Notes under the pieces: generated by a model
The model's database searches: none
Seen by the model: only the letters and a program-made list of their open reading frames with translations
What the model was told of the DNA's origin: nothing
Shown here: in pieces, positions 40,299 through 49,470 of the stretch
Position numbering within the stretch: position 1 is the stretch's first letter
Layout of the letters: the number at the start of each line of letters is the position of its first letter
DNA from: an uncultured Gammaproteobacteria bacterium
GTDB taxonomy: Bacteria; Pseudomonadota; Gammaproteobacteria; Xanthomonadales; Rhodanobacteraceae
Direction: 5' to 3'
Length of the DNA: 64,000 nt
Assembly: GCA_963804695.1 (NCBI GenBank)
Contig: CAWDRH010000001.1
Span: 425,944-489,943 of the forward strand
Made by a program: the position numbers and the translations under genes

Positions 40299-40747
40299 GA
40301 AATTGCCGCAGCATCACCCACGCCGCAACCAGGCAACCCAGCGCGAGCCAGCCAAAATCCCAGGCGCCGAGATTTGCGCGAACTCACCTGCCAGCCCAGC
40401 GCAAAATCCATCTTGAACAAAACGCTGCGTAGTGGAAATCCAAGCATCTGGGCAACGCGCACGGCGGCGAGCAGATATTGCGCGTAGACGAAGGCGAGCA
40501 GGGTCGCGGCGATGGTGGAGATCGTGCCTTGGCTTCCGCGCAGACCCTGCCAACGCAGGAATGCGCCAAGCCCGGCGGCGAGTGGCACGATCAGGAAGGT
40601 TGTGTCGTAATCCGTCGCCAGCGACAACAGGCACCACACGGCGCCTGCGGCGAGTCCGCCAAGCAGTACACTGGCGAGCATGGTGAGCAAGTTGACGCGG
40701 CCGCAAGGATTGGGCACGACAGAGACTGGCTGGGACAAGATCAGCAC
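40295..40747 (-). CDS. hypothetical membrane protein
   Basis: Hydrophobic helices (LASVLLGGLAAGAVWCLLSL, FLIVPLAAGLGAFL, IAATLLAFVYAQYLL). The start is uncertain (MLASV at 40681 is possible). The stop codon lies in the REP arm. Confidence 0.5.
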   Translation of the reverse strand: MLILSQPVSVVPNPCGRVNLLTMLASVLLGGLAAGAVWCLLSLATDYDTTFLIVPLAAGLGAFLRWQGLRGSQGTISTIAATLLAFVYAQYLLAAVRVAQMLGFPLRSVLFKMDFALGWQVSSRKSRRLGFWLARAGLPGCGVGDAAAIS

Positions 40748-40797
40748 TCCATTGAAGAGCGCAAATCTTACGCTATTGCCCGGATTTCAAAAAAACC

Positions 40798-40925
40798 GTC
40801 ATTCCGGCAGGGATTGCCGGAAACCAGACTGCATGGATGCGACTTTACGAAAGCTCATTCGCCGGCCCTGACACCGGCTCTGCCTTCCTTGGCCACCGGA
40901 CTCCGACAATCCCTACCGGAATGAC
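40798..40925. repeat. MITE/REP-like element copy 4 (128 bp)
   Basis: GTCATTCCGGCAGGGATTGCCGGAAACCAGACTGCATGGATGC ... CCGACAATCCCTACCGGAATGAC. Confidence 0.85.
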
Positions 40926-40962
40926 GGCTTGAGCGATTGCCGCGCGATCCCTCGGCGCTAGC

Positions 40963-41370
40963 TCAGCGCACACATTCATCAGCGCGCAACATCCAGGCCT
41001 GCGGAAAATGCTGAAAGCCGATGTGCGGGTAATATTTTTCCGCAGCTGGCGCTGCGAGTAATAGAAGTTTCGCCTGTGGTGCCGCGGCCTGCGTGCGTCG
41101 GATCAGTTCCCTGCCGATACCGCGGCGCTGGTGCGTAGCGTGTACCGCAAGGTCGGCGAGATAAGTCGTCCAGACGAAGTCGGTTACGCAGCGCGAAATT
41201 CCCACGAGCAAATCGCCATCCCATGCCGTGATGATGAGATTCGCGTGTTCGAGCATTGCGGCGAAACGCGCGCGGTCGTCGATGGGCCGGCGCTCGCCCA
41301 GCGTTGAAGCCCGATACAGCTCCAGCGCTTGCTCGAATTCGGGCCGCACATCATCGCGATAGCCAATCAT
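40963..41370 (-). CDS. GNAT-family N-acetyltransferase
   Basis: Start chosen at MIGYRDD, overlapping the upstream stop. The acetyl-CoA motif is HQRRGIGRELI. Confidence 0.8.
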   Translation of the reverse strand: MIGYRDDVRPEFEQALELYRASTLGERRPIDDRARFAAMLEHANLIITAWDGDLLVGISRCVTDFVWTTYLADLAVHATHQRRGIGRELIRRTQAAAPQAKLLLLAAPAAEKYYPHIGFQHFPQAWMLRADECVR

Positions 41371-42014
41371 GTCGGCGCCCGCTGCAACAGGCGCCGTACC
41401 GATTCTGGCAGTGCAGCGTGACAGTCCGGTTCGGGCTGCGGTGCCGAATAGCCGGATTTTATCGGCACTACACCGGCCCAATACGGCAGGCTCAAGTCGG
41501 CCTTGTCGTCTTTTGCGCCGACGTCGCGGATTTTTGCAGAAATATCCACAATGTTAAAATGCAGCACCGTGGTCGCGGCAAGCTCGTTGCGATCCGGTGC
41601 GCGCGATTCGGCGGTACGGCCGGGCAGCATTGCTTCGACGAAATGTGCCAGCGCGGCAACCTTGCGTTCGGCATCGATGATTGCGGTCGCGTGGCCGAAT
41701 GCGACCACGGAGCGATAATTCACCGCATGATTGAAGTGCGAACGCGCCAGTACCAGGCCATCGACGATGGTCACGTTGACGCAGGTTTCCACACCCTCGC
41801 CGAGTTTCAGCACCAACCGGCTGGCGATCGATCCATGCAGCAGCAGAGTGTCGCCATCGCGTGCGTACATCATCGGAATCACAAACGGCTGGCCATCGAC
41901 GCAGAAACCGACGTGGGCCAGGAAGGCCGCATCGAGGATCGCGTAAGCAATTTCGCGATCGTAGCGGCCGCGATCCTTGATGCGCTGGACTTGATAACGC
42001 GGGCGGGGTTTCAT
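41367..42014 (-). CDS. pyridoxamine-5'-phosphate-oxidase-like FMN-binding protein
   Basis: 215 aa. The pattern ..AILDAAFLAHVGFCVDGQPFVIPMMYARDGDTLLLHGS.. fits the split-barrel fold. The gene is divergent from a MocR regulator. Confidence 0.65.
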   Translation of the reverse strand: MKPRPRYQVQRIKDRGRYDREIAYAILDAAFLAHVGFCVDGQPFVIPMMYARDGDTLLLHGSIASRLVLKLGEGVETCVNVTIVDGLVLARSHFNHAVNYRSVVAFGHATAIIDAERKVAALAHFVEAMLPGRTAESRAPDRNELAATTVLHFNIVDISAKIRDVGAKDDKADLSLPYWAGVVPIKSGYSAPQPEPDCHAALPESVRRLLQRAPT

Positions 42015-42105
42015 TGTTGGCGGACTCCGGCACTTGACGGGTTCAGGTTAAACCCTCAGATTGGCCCTATCGAGAACCAGTTTTCCAACATTCCATAGGG
42101 CCACT

Positions 42106-43548
42106 ATGTTCGTGCAACTGGACGACCACGGGCCGCGCTATCTGCAACTGGCGCGGGCGCTGAAACAGGCGATCCTCGATGGCCGCTGCGCACCGTCCTC
42201 GCGCCTGCCTGCCACACGCGTTTTCGCGCGTGACCTCGGCCTGTCGCGCAACACGGTGCTGGCAGCCTACGAGCAACTCGCTGCCGAAGGTTTCATCGAA
42301 GGCCGCGTCGGGTCGGGCTGCTATGTCGCCGCGTTTGCCGCGACCAAAGCCGCTCCGCCGTCCTCGCCACCCTCGCGTCGGAGTGCGTCGAAACTGCGAC
42401 TTTCGCGCCGCGGCCGGCTCGCAATGGGTCTCCATGATCGCGCCATCCCCGGTCGCCAGTACCGTGGCTTGCGCTACAACCTGCAGTACGGTCTGCCGAT
42501 GACGAATCCGCAACTGGCCAGTGCCTGGCGGCGTGAACTCAACCAGGCCGCCGCGCACGCCGAGATGGACTATCCCGATCCGCAAGGCCTCATTGGCTTG
42601 CGGCACCAGGTGTGCGCGTACCTGGCACGCCGCCGCGGCATCGTCGCCGCGCCCGAGGATGTACTGATCGTCAGCGGTACGCAGCAGGCGTTTGCGCTGG
42701 CGGCCGATGTGCTGCTTGACGAAGGCGATAGCGTCTTGTTCGAAGATCCGCAATACCGTGGTGCACGCCAGTTGCTGCAGGTGCGGGGCGCGGATGTGCG
42801 TGGCTGCCGCGTCGATGGCGATGGCTTGGTCACGGCGGAACTGCCGCGTGGCAAGTCGACGCGGCTGGCCGTGGTTACGCCGTCGCATCAGTTTCCCACC
42901 GGCGCGGTGTTGAGTCTGCCGCGGCGCATGCATTTGCTGGATTGGGCGCAGCGCAGCGATTGCTGGCTGATCGAGGACGATTACGATGGCGAGTTCCGCT
43001 ACGACGCGCGGCCGCTGGCGGCACTGAAGTCGCTGGATCGCACCGACCGCGTTATATACATTGGTACATTTTCCAAAGTTCTCTTTCCCTCATTGCGCCT
43101 GGGCTACATGGTACTGCCGCCAGGATTACGCCAGGCATTTGTCGCCGCGAAGTGGCTGACGGACCGCGGCTGTCCGGCGATCGAGCAGGCGGCGCTGGCG
43201 GGACTGATCGCCAGCGGTGCATTCGAACGCCATCTGCGTCAGGCTGCCAAGGCACTGAAAGCGCGCCGTACCGCACTGCTGGCTGCGCTTGTGCGCTATG
43301 CCGGCGATGCCGTCGAAGTTGCCGATTCGAGTGCAGGCATGCACATCCTGGCGTGGCTGCCACGTCTGAGCCACGCGCAATCACGTGTGCTGGTCGAGCG
43401 TGCACAAAAGCGTGGATTGGGGCTTTATCTGGTCGCGCCGTATTGTTTGAAGCCGCTGCCGCGGCCGGGGCTGTTGCTGGGCTATGCGGATCTTCCGCCA
43501 TCCGATTTGCAAGCGGCGATGCGCATCTTCGGCGAGTGCCTGAAGTAA
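42106..43548 (+). CDS. MocR/GntR-family transcriptional regulator with aminotransferase-like domain (PdxR-like)
   Basis: The N-terminal winged HTH (PRYLQLARALKQAILDGR..LPATRVFARDLGLSRNTV) is followed by a fold-type-I aminotransferase domain (..YIGTFSKVLFPSLRLGY). Confidence 0.85.
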   Translation: MFVQLDDHGPRYLQLARALKQAILDGRCAPSSRLPATRVFARDLGLSRNTVLAAYEQLAAEGFIEGRVGSGCYVAAFAATKAAPPSSPPSRRSASKLRLSRRGRLAMGLHDRAIPGRQYRGLRYNLQYGLPMTNPQLASAWRRELNQAAAHAEMDYPDPQGLIGLRHQVCAYLARRRGIVAAPEDVLIVSGTQQAFALAADVLLDEGDSVLFEDPQYRGARQLLQVRGADVRGCRVDGDGLVTAELPRGKSTRLAVVTPSHQFPTGAVLSLPRRMHLLDWAQRSDCWLIEDDYDGEFRYDARPLAALKSLDRTDRVIYIGTFSKVLFPSLRLGYMVLPPGLRQAFVAAKWLTDRGCPAIEQAALAGLIASGAFERHLRQAAKALKARRTALLAALVRYAGDAVEVADSSAGMHILAWLPRLSHAQSRVLVERAQKRGLGLYLVAPYCLKPLPRPGLLLGYADLPPSDLQAAMRIFGECLK

Positions 43549-43569
43549 AGTGGGGGCGTTGGGCCACGT

Positions 43570-46500
43570 TTATTCGGACGAAGCTCGACGAACCAGACGT
43601 AGATGTGAGGAATCGTTCGGCCGCAACCAACGCAGTGCCGCAGACTCGATCAGAGCATCGATCTGCAGCACGCCCGGCGCGGTGAGGGCCGCCGTCGCAG
43701 CTGGGTTTGCGATCAGTCCGGCGCAACCATTACGACCCCATTGCTTGACCCGGTATAGAGCAGCGTCGGCCAGTTCCATGCTCAGGGTCCAATCGACGCT
43801 GGCACGCAATTCCGGCGTGGGCGGATACATGGCGAAACCGATCGAACCGGTCAGCCGCAGCTCGCGGCCATCGCCGAGGCGGAACGAGTGTGTGGCAAGA
43901 CGCAGACGAATGCGCTCGGCGGTTTCCAGCGCCTGAGCGGGTTGCACGTGCCGCAGCAGAATCAGGAATTCCTCGCCGCCCCAGCGCAGCAGCCGATCAT
44001 CGGTGCGCGCTATGCTTTGCAGCAAATGGGAAAGTTGCACAAGTACACTATCTCCGGCGGCATGGCCGAAGTCGTCGTTGACGCGCTTGAACATGTCCAG
44101 GTCGAGCAGCAGGAACGCGAGCGCACTGCCATCGCCGTTTTCGTCGTCGAGCATTTGCTGGATATGCTCGAGCAGGTAGCGGCGGTTGTGCAAGCCAGTC
44201 AGCGGGTCGGTCCGGCTCTCCTGAGCGAGAGTCAGGTTGGCGTCGCGCAGACGCTCGTTGGCGTGGCTGAGCGCGTGCGTGCGCTCGGCTACGAGCAGTT
44301 CCAGCCGGTGCTGTTGTGTGCGGTACCGGCGCAATCTCAATAGCACCAGAAACGCCACCAGACCGACGCCGCCGCAGGCAAGCACGAGGCGCACCAAGGG
44401 TCGTTCGTACCACCGCGGCGGCAGAACGAAGCCAAGGCTGGAGTCGTGGCTGCTGACGGTCCCGTCGGGCAGAGAAGCTTGTACCCGAAAGCGATAATCG
44501 CCGGGAGGCAGATTTGTATAAAATGCGGCGCGACGCGTGCCGGCGTCGATCCAGTCCTGATCGTAGCCCTCCAGACGATAATGGAAGCGCACGCTCTGCG
44601 GGTCGCGGAAACTCAAACCGGTGTAATCGATTTCGACATCGCGGCCGCGTCCTTCCAGCGTCGGCAACGCATCCGCTGGATACCAGCGCCCGGCGTAATG
44701 CATGCCTTCAACCACCACGTTTGGCGGCAGTTGCGAGTTCACGATCGCGCGCGTATCCAGGCGCAAGGCGCCGGAAATCGTCGGCAGCCACAAACTGTCG
44801 CCATCCACCGCGCTGCGTGCAAGCGCGCCGCCGTTGCAGCAGCGCACGCGCTGACTGCCGGGTTCGCGCCCGCTGGCGCTGAGCACCATCTCCGGAGCGA
44901 CCTTGAACGCTGCGCCCTGTGCCGGCGGCTTCATCTGTGACGGATCCGGCAGTGCATCCACTGGCAGGCGCCACACACCTTCAATGCCGGCGGCGTAGAT
45001 GTGTCCGTCGATTATGCGGAAAGTCCATGCATTGTTGCTGGGCAAGCCTTGCGCTGTGGTGAGCATCAATAAATGGTCGCCCGCCAGCAAGCCGAAACCG
45101 GCGTCGAGTGTCGTGATGCCGAGCAGGCCCGGACTGATCGGTGCGATATCGCTCACGAACCTGCCTTCGAGCGGCTGCGCCCAGACTGGCGTTTCCATCT
45201 GGCCGTTGCGCACCCGGCGCACACCGGCTTCGGTGCCGATCAGCAAATCATCCGCAGCGAGTACATAAATTGAGCGCACTCGCGCACCCGCGCCGCCGGG
45301 GGCAGGGCCAATGCGCTCAAGCACGCCGCCGCGATAGCGATATAGACCACCCGTGGTGCCGATCCAGTAGTCGTCGTCACCGGCTTGGACAATCGCATCG
45401 ATTTGCCAGGGATCGAGGGCGGTCAGTGCCGGCGGTCTTTCCACTTTTCCATTCGTATAAATTGCGATACCACCGCGTGTGCCTATCCACAGGCGTTGCT
45501 GGTGGTCGTAAAACAGTTCGTAGGCCGATGGGTTGGGCAACTGCTTGCCGGACACAAGCTGTTCGGCGCCGTGCGCGCCGATGGTCACCACGTTCGAGTT
45601 GGTGCCGAGCACAATGCGCCCCTGCGGATCGCGCACAACGCTCCACACGAACGGATCGACCAGGCCATCTTGCTCGGAGATGCGCCGCGCCCAGCCGTTC
45701 CATAGCCGAAACAGGCTTTCAGTCTGGCTGCCGATCCATAGATTGCGTTCGCGATCTTCGTAGATCGCCAGCACCCACGAGTCGCGCACGAAATCTGCGG
45801 CGTCGATGCGCTCGGCGTTGTTATCCGGGCGTATCCGGAATAACGCCGGTGGGGTGCCGATCCACAAGTTGCCGTCGCCGTCGCGAAACAGGCTTTCGAT
45901 GCTGACGTGATCCAGTCCGGGTTCGATTCCGGCGTCGGCGATATTCCCGTTGTCCCAGCGATACAGCCCGGCGCTGGTACCGAGCCACAGCCCGTCGGCA
46001 TTTGCAACCAGATGCGCGATGCGCGCGTGCGATAATGCTGCCGGCAAGTCGTAGCGACTGATGCCGCGAGCGTCGATGCGGACCAGCGTGCCGACCGTGC
46101 CGATCCACAACGTATCATCCTTGCGCAGCAGGCTATAGCAGGGTTCGCCATCGAGCAGCGTGGTTTCGAGGCGGCCATCCCGATAGCGCATCACGCCGAG
46201 CGTGGTTGCAAACAACAGATTGCCGTCGGCGCCTTCCTCGATGTCCTGCACGGCGGCATCTTCCTGGCCGGCGCGCAGCAGCGTGAATTTTCCCTTTGCA
46301 TAGTGCAACGCACCGTGCGGGGTACCAAACCAGGGATCGCCGTTGCGATCGGTGAAAGCAACCGTCGCCATCGTCGTGTCGACACCGCTGTTGCTGCGGT
46401 CGAAGACGACGAAACGTGCGCCATCAAAACGGGCAATGGCATTCTGGGTGCCAATCCACAGGTAACCGGTGCGGTCCTGGGTGATACTGAGCACCGAAAT

Positions 46501-46692
46501 CTGCGGCACACCGTTTTCGATATTCCAGTTATCGCGAACGTAGTCGTGGAAACGCGCCTGCGGATCCAGCGCGAACGCGTTCGTACTCCAAAGCAAGCTA
46601 CCTGCGCCCCACAGCGTCAACAGGAGCAACAGGCAATGTGCCAGGCAGGCGAATCGCCTGCATATGGTGTCGGCTTGCAATTGCTCGTTCAC
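43570..46692 (-). CDS. sensor diguanylate cyclase: periplasmic beta-propeller (Reg_prop repeats)/Y_Y_Y domain, TM helix, GGDEF
   Basis: The ORF is open to 46785, and the GTG at 46692 gives the signal-anchor VNEQ..CLAHCLLLLLTLWGAG. Many ..LWIGT.. repeats are present. F(H)YRLEGYDQDW marks the Y_Y_Y region, followed by a TM segment VLACGGVGLVAFLVLL. The catalytic motif is RWGGEEF. Confidence 0.85.
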   Translation of the reverse strand: MNEQLQADTICRRFACLAHCLLLLLTLWGAGSLLWSTNAFALDPQARFHDYVRDNWNIENGVPQISVLSITQDRTGYLWIGTQNAIARFDGARFVVFDRSNSGVDTTMATVAFTDRNGDPWFGTPHGALHYAKGKFTLLRAGQEDAAVQDIEEGADGNLLFATTLGVMRYRDGRLETTLLDGEPCYSLLRKDDTLWIGTVGTLVRIDARGISRYDLPAALSHARIAHLVANADGLWLGTSAGLYRWDNGNIADAGIEPGLDHVSIESLFRDGDGNLWIGTPPALFRIRPDNNAERIDAADFVRDSWVLAIYEDRERNLWIGSQTESLFRLWNGWARRISEQDGLVDPFVWSVVRDPQGRIVLGTNSNVVTIGAHGAEQLVSGKQLPNPSAYELFYDHQQRLWIGTRGGIAIYTNGKVERPPALTALDPWQIDAIVQAGDDDYWIGTTGGLYRYRGGVLERIGPAPGGAGARVRSIYVLAADDLLIGTEAGVRRVRNGQMETPVWAQPLEGRFVSDIAPISPGLLGITTLDAGFGLLAGDHLLMLTTAQGLPSNNAWTFRIIDGHIYAAGIEGVWRLPVDALPDPSQMKPPAQGAAFKVAPEMVLSASGREPGSQRVRCCNGGALARSAVDGDSLWLPTISGALRLDTRAIVNSQLPPNVVVEGMHYAGRWYPADALPTLEGRGRDVEIDYTGLSFRDPQSVRFHYRLEGYDQDWIDAGTRRAAFYTNLPPGDYRFRVQASLPDGTVSSHDSSLGFVLPPRWYERPLVRLVLACGGVGLVAFLVLLRLRRYRTQQHRLELLVAERTHALSHANERLRDANLTLAQESRTDPLTGLHNRRYLLEHIQQMLDDENGDGSALAFLLLDLDMFKRVNDDFGHAAGDSVLVQLSHLLQSIARTDDRLLRWGGEEFLILLRHVQPAQALETAERIRLRLATHSFRLGDGRELRLTGSIGFAMYPPTPELRASVDWTLSMELADAALYRVKQWGRNGCAGLIANPAATAALTAPGVLQIDALIESAALRWLRPNDSSHLRLVRRASSE

Positions 46693-46799
46693 GACTTTAT
46701 TTAGGTTTCCGGGGTTCTGGATACATGCAACTGCTGGCTTAGCTGCAATAATGATACAGATTCGCCCACCTACCGACATGAACAAGCGCAGGAATTCCG

Positions 46800-47357
46800 A
46801 TGGCCGGCTATAGCCAGACCTCCGAACCGATCGTGTTCGCGCGCGATTGCGCCGCGGTGATGGTGCCGCAGGGCCAGCAGGTGACTCTGCCGGCAGGGCA
46901 GAACGGCTACATCACCCAGGCGCTCGGCGGCAGCTTCACCGTGTTCGTGGACGGCAATCTGTTTCGCATTGACGGTGCGGATGCCGATGCCATTGGCAAA
47001 CAGCCACCCGAGCCGCTGACCCTGGACGAACACGCCGACGACGATGAGGTCGAGAAACTGGTCTGGCAGCAATTGCGCACTTGCTTCGATCCGGAAATCC
47101 CGGTGAATATCGTCGAACTCGGGCTGGTATACGAATGCACATTGGAAAAAATGGATGACGCACAGCGACGGGTCAGGATCCGCTTGACGCTGACTGCGCC
47201 TGGTTGCGGCATGGGCGATATCCTGGTCGATGATGTGCGCAGCAAGGTCGAATCCATTCCCACCATTGCCGAGTCCGATATCGAGATCACCTTCGATCCG
47301 CCGTGGAATTACACGATGATGTCGGACGCAGCGAAGCTGGAAACGGGGATGATGTAA
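46800..47357 (+). CDS. sufT: SufT-like Fe-S assembly protein (DUF59/MIP18 C-terminal domain)
   Basis: 185 aa with ..DPEIPVNIVELGLVY....LTLTAPGCGMG. Confidence 0.65.
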   Translation: MAGYSQTSEPIVFARDCAAVMVPQGQQVTLPAGQNGYITQALGGSFTVFVDGNLFRIDGADADAIGKQPPEPLTLDEHADDDEVEKLVWQQLRTCFDPEIPVNIVELGLVYECTLEKMDDAQRRVRIRLTLTAPGCGMGDILVDDVRSKVESIPTIAESDIEITFDPPWNYTMMSDAAKLETGMM

Positions 47358-47401
47358 AAAGATGAAGTCTGTGAGCCGGCATTTTACAAATGGGAGGATT
47401 C

Positions 47402-49450
47402 ATGAAATTTCTGCGCAGTCTTTTCCTCGTGATGTGCTGCATTTTTGGCATTAATTCTGCCGGCGTTTGCTGCCACGTCAGCGCCGATGCTGCAACTGGA
47501 CGACCTGCGCCGATTCACAAGCCTGCACGATGCGCAGATTTCCCCGGATGGCAAACACATCGCCGTGATCGTGTCGACGCCGGACTGGAAAACGGACAAG
47601 CCAAAACAGGAAATCGACCTCGTCGACGTGGCCACCGGTGCGCGCCGCAGCATTACCTGGCACCGCACCGGGATTTCCTCGCCGCGCTGGTCCCCGGATG
47701 GCATGCGGCTGGCCTTCATCGCCAAGGACTCCGCACCAGACGCCGAGGCAGAGTCAGAGTCAGGCAAGGACGACGAGAAAGCGGCGGAGAAACCCGAAGC
47801 GCAGATCTTCGTCATGTCACTGCAGGGCGGCGATCCCGATGCGGATCACCGAAGCCAAGCATGGCGTCAGCGAATTCACCTGGAGTCCCGACGGTCAGCA
47901 CATCGCCTTCCTCACCCAGGACGAGCCAGTCAACGCAAAGGCGATCAAGGCGCACGACGATGCGTTCGAGGTGACCGACAACAATTTCCTGATCCGCGCG
48001 GCGCTGACGCCCTGGCATCTGTGGGTGGTGCCGAGTGCGGGCGGCGCGGCCAAGCGGCTGACACAAGGCGCGTTCAGTCTGCAGACCGACCAGCAGGATC
48101 CGCCGCCGCTGGTCTGGAGCCGCGATGGCCAACGCATCGTCTTCACCCGTTTCCCGAGTCCGTACTGGGGGCCGTCGTTCCGCTCGACGATCGCCGCGGT
48201 GAGTGTGGATGGTGGCGACCCGCAGACACTGGTTTCTGCAGAAGGCGCCAGCAATTTCGCTTACGCACCGGACGGCGATGCCTTTGCATTCGCGCGTTCA
48301 CGCGATGGCGACCAGAACAACGGCAATGCGGTGTATGTCGATGCCAACGGCAATACCCGCGATGCCACGAAGACCTTGGCGCGCAACTTCAACGCCTATG
48401 TCTGGTTGCCGGACGGCAAGGCATTACTGCTGGCGAGCGAAGACGGCACGCATTCGGTGTTGTGGCAACAGCCGTTGACGGGCGCGGCGCACAAGCTCGA
48501 TCTCGGCGGCGTGGAAGCCAGCCCGCAACCGAGCTGTGTCGAACAATGGCGTCGTCGCCTTCATCGGCAGCACGGCGATGCATCCGGATGAACTCTACGT
48601 CATGGATTCCTTGGGCAACGAAACCGCGGCGGCTCACGAACGTGAATGCGTTCGTGGACGGGCTGGCGCTTGGCCGCACGGCAAACAGTAGAGTGGCAAG
48701 GGGCCGGACGGATTCGACGAGGACGGCGTGCTCGATTTACCCGCCGAGCTACGCGGCAGGTGGCAAATATCCTTTGGTGCTGGTGATCCATGGCGGACCC
48801 GAAGCCGCGACCACCGAACGCTTCTCGCCGTTGACGCAATTGCTGGCCGCCGCGGGTTTTCTCGTGTTCGAGCCCAATTATCGCGGCAGCACGAATCTTG
48901 GCGATGACTACCAGCATGCCATCTTCCGCGATACCGGAGACGGCCCGGGCAAGGACGTGATGGCGGGACTGGCAGCGGTGGAGAAGCGCGGGATCGTCGA
49001 CACCGATCGCATCGGCGTCTCCGGCTGGTCCTACGGCGGTTACATGACCGACATGGCTCAGCGGTCATTACCCGGGATGGAAAGCCGCGGTGTCGGGCGC
49101 GGCGCTCACCGATTGGATGATGGACTACACCGTCTCTTACTATCAGGAAGGCGACACCTATTTCTTCGGCGGCTCGCCGTGGATGGCGCAGTACGCGAAA
49201 ATCTGGCGTGAGCAGTCGCCGATCGCCAACGCGCGAACACGTCACCGCGCCGACCCTCATCATGGGCGATGTCGGCGATCCGAACGTGCCCTTGGTGAAC
49301 AGTTACGAGTGGTATCACGCGCTGCGCGATCATGGCGTGACCGTGGAGTTCTACGCCTATCCGGTCGATACGCATTTCCCCGGCGACATCGTGCGTTCCA
49401 CTGACGTGTACCGGCGCTGGGTGGCGTGGATGACGCAGCACCTGAAATAG
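47402..49450 (+). pseudogene. S9-family (prolyl-oligopeptidase/dipeptidyl-peptidase-like) serine peptidase with about 8 frame changes
   Basis: The ATG follows the RBS GGGAGGA, with a signal peptide MKFLRSLFLVMCCIF. The beta-propeller part spans frames 0 and 1. The catalytic part reads YPLVLVIHGGP, GVSGWSYGGYMT (nucleophile Ser), PTLIMGDVGDPNVP (Asp) and ..YPVDTHF (His). Breaks lie near 47445, 47838, 48530, 48620, 48690, 48735, 49053 and 49232. Confidence 0.8.
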
Positions 49451-49470
49451 CGTTTGCGCGCCTGCGGCGG

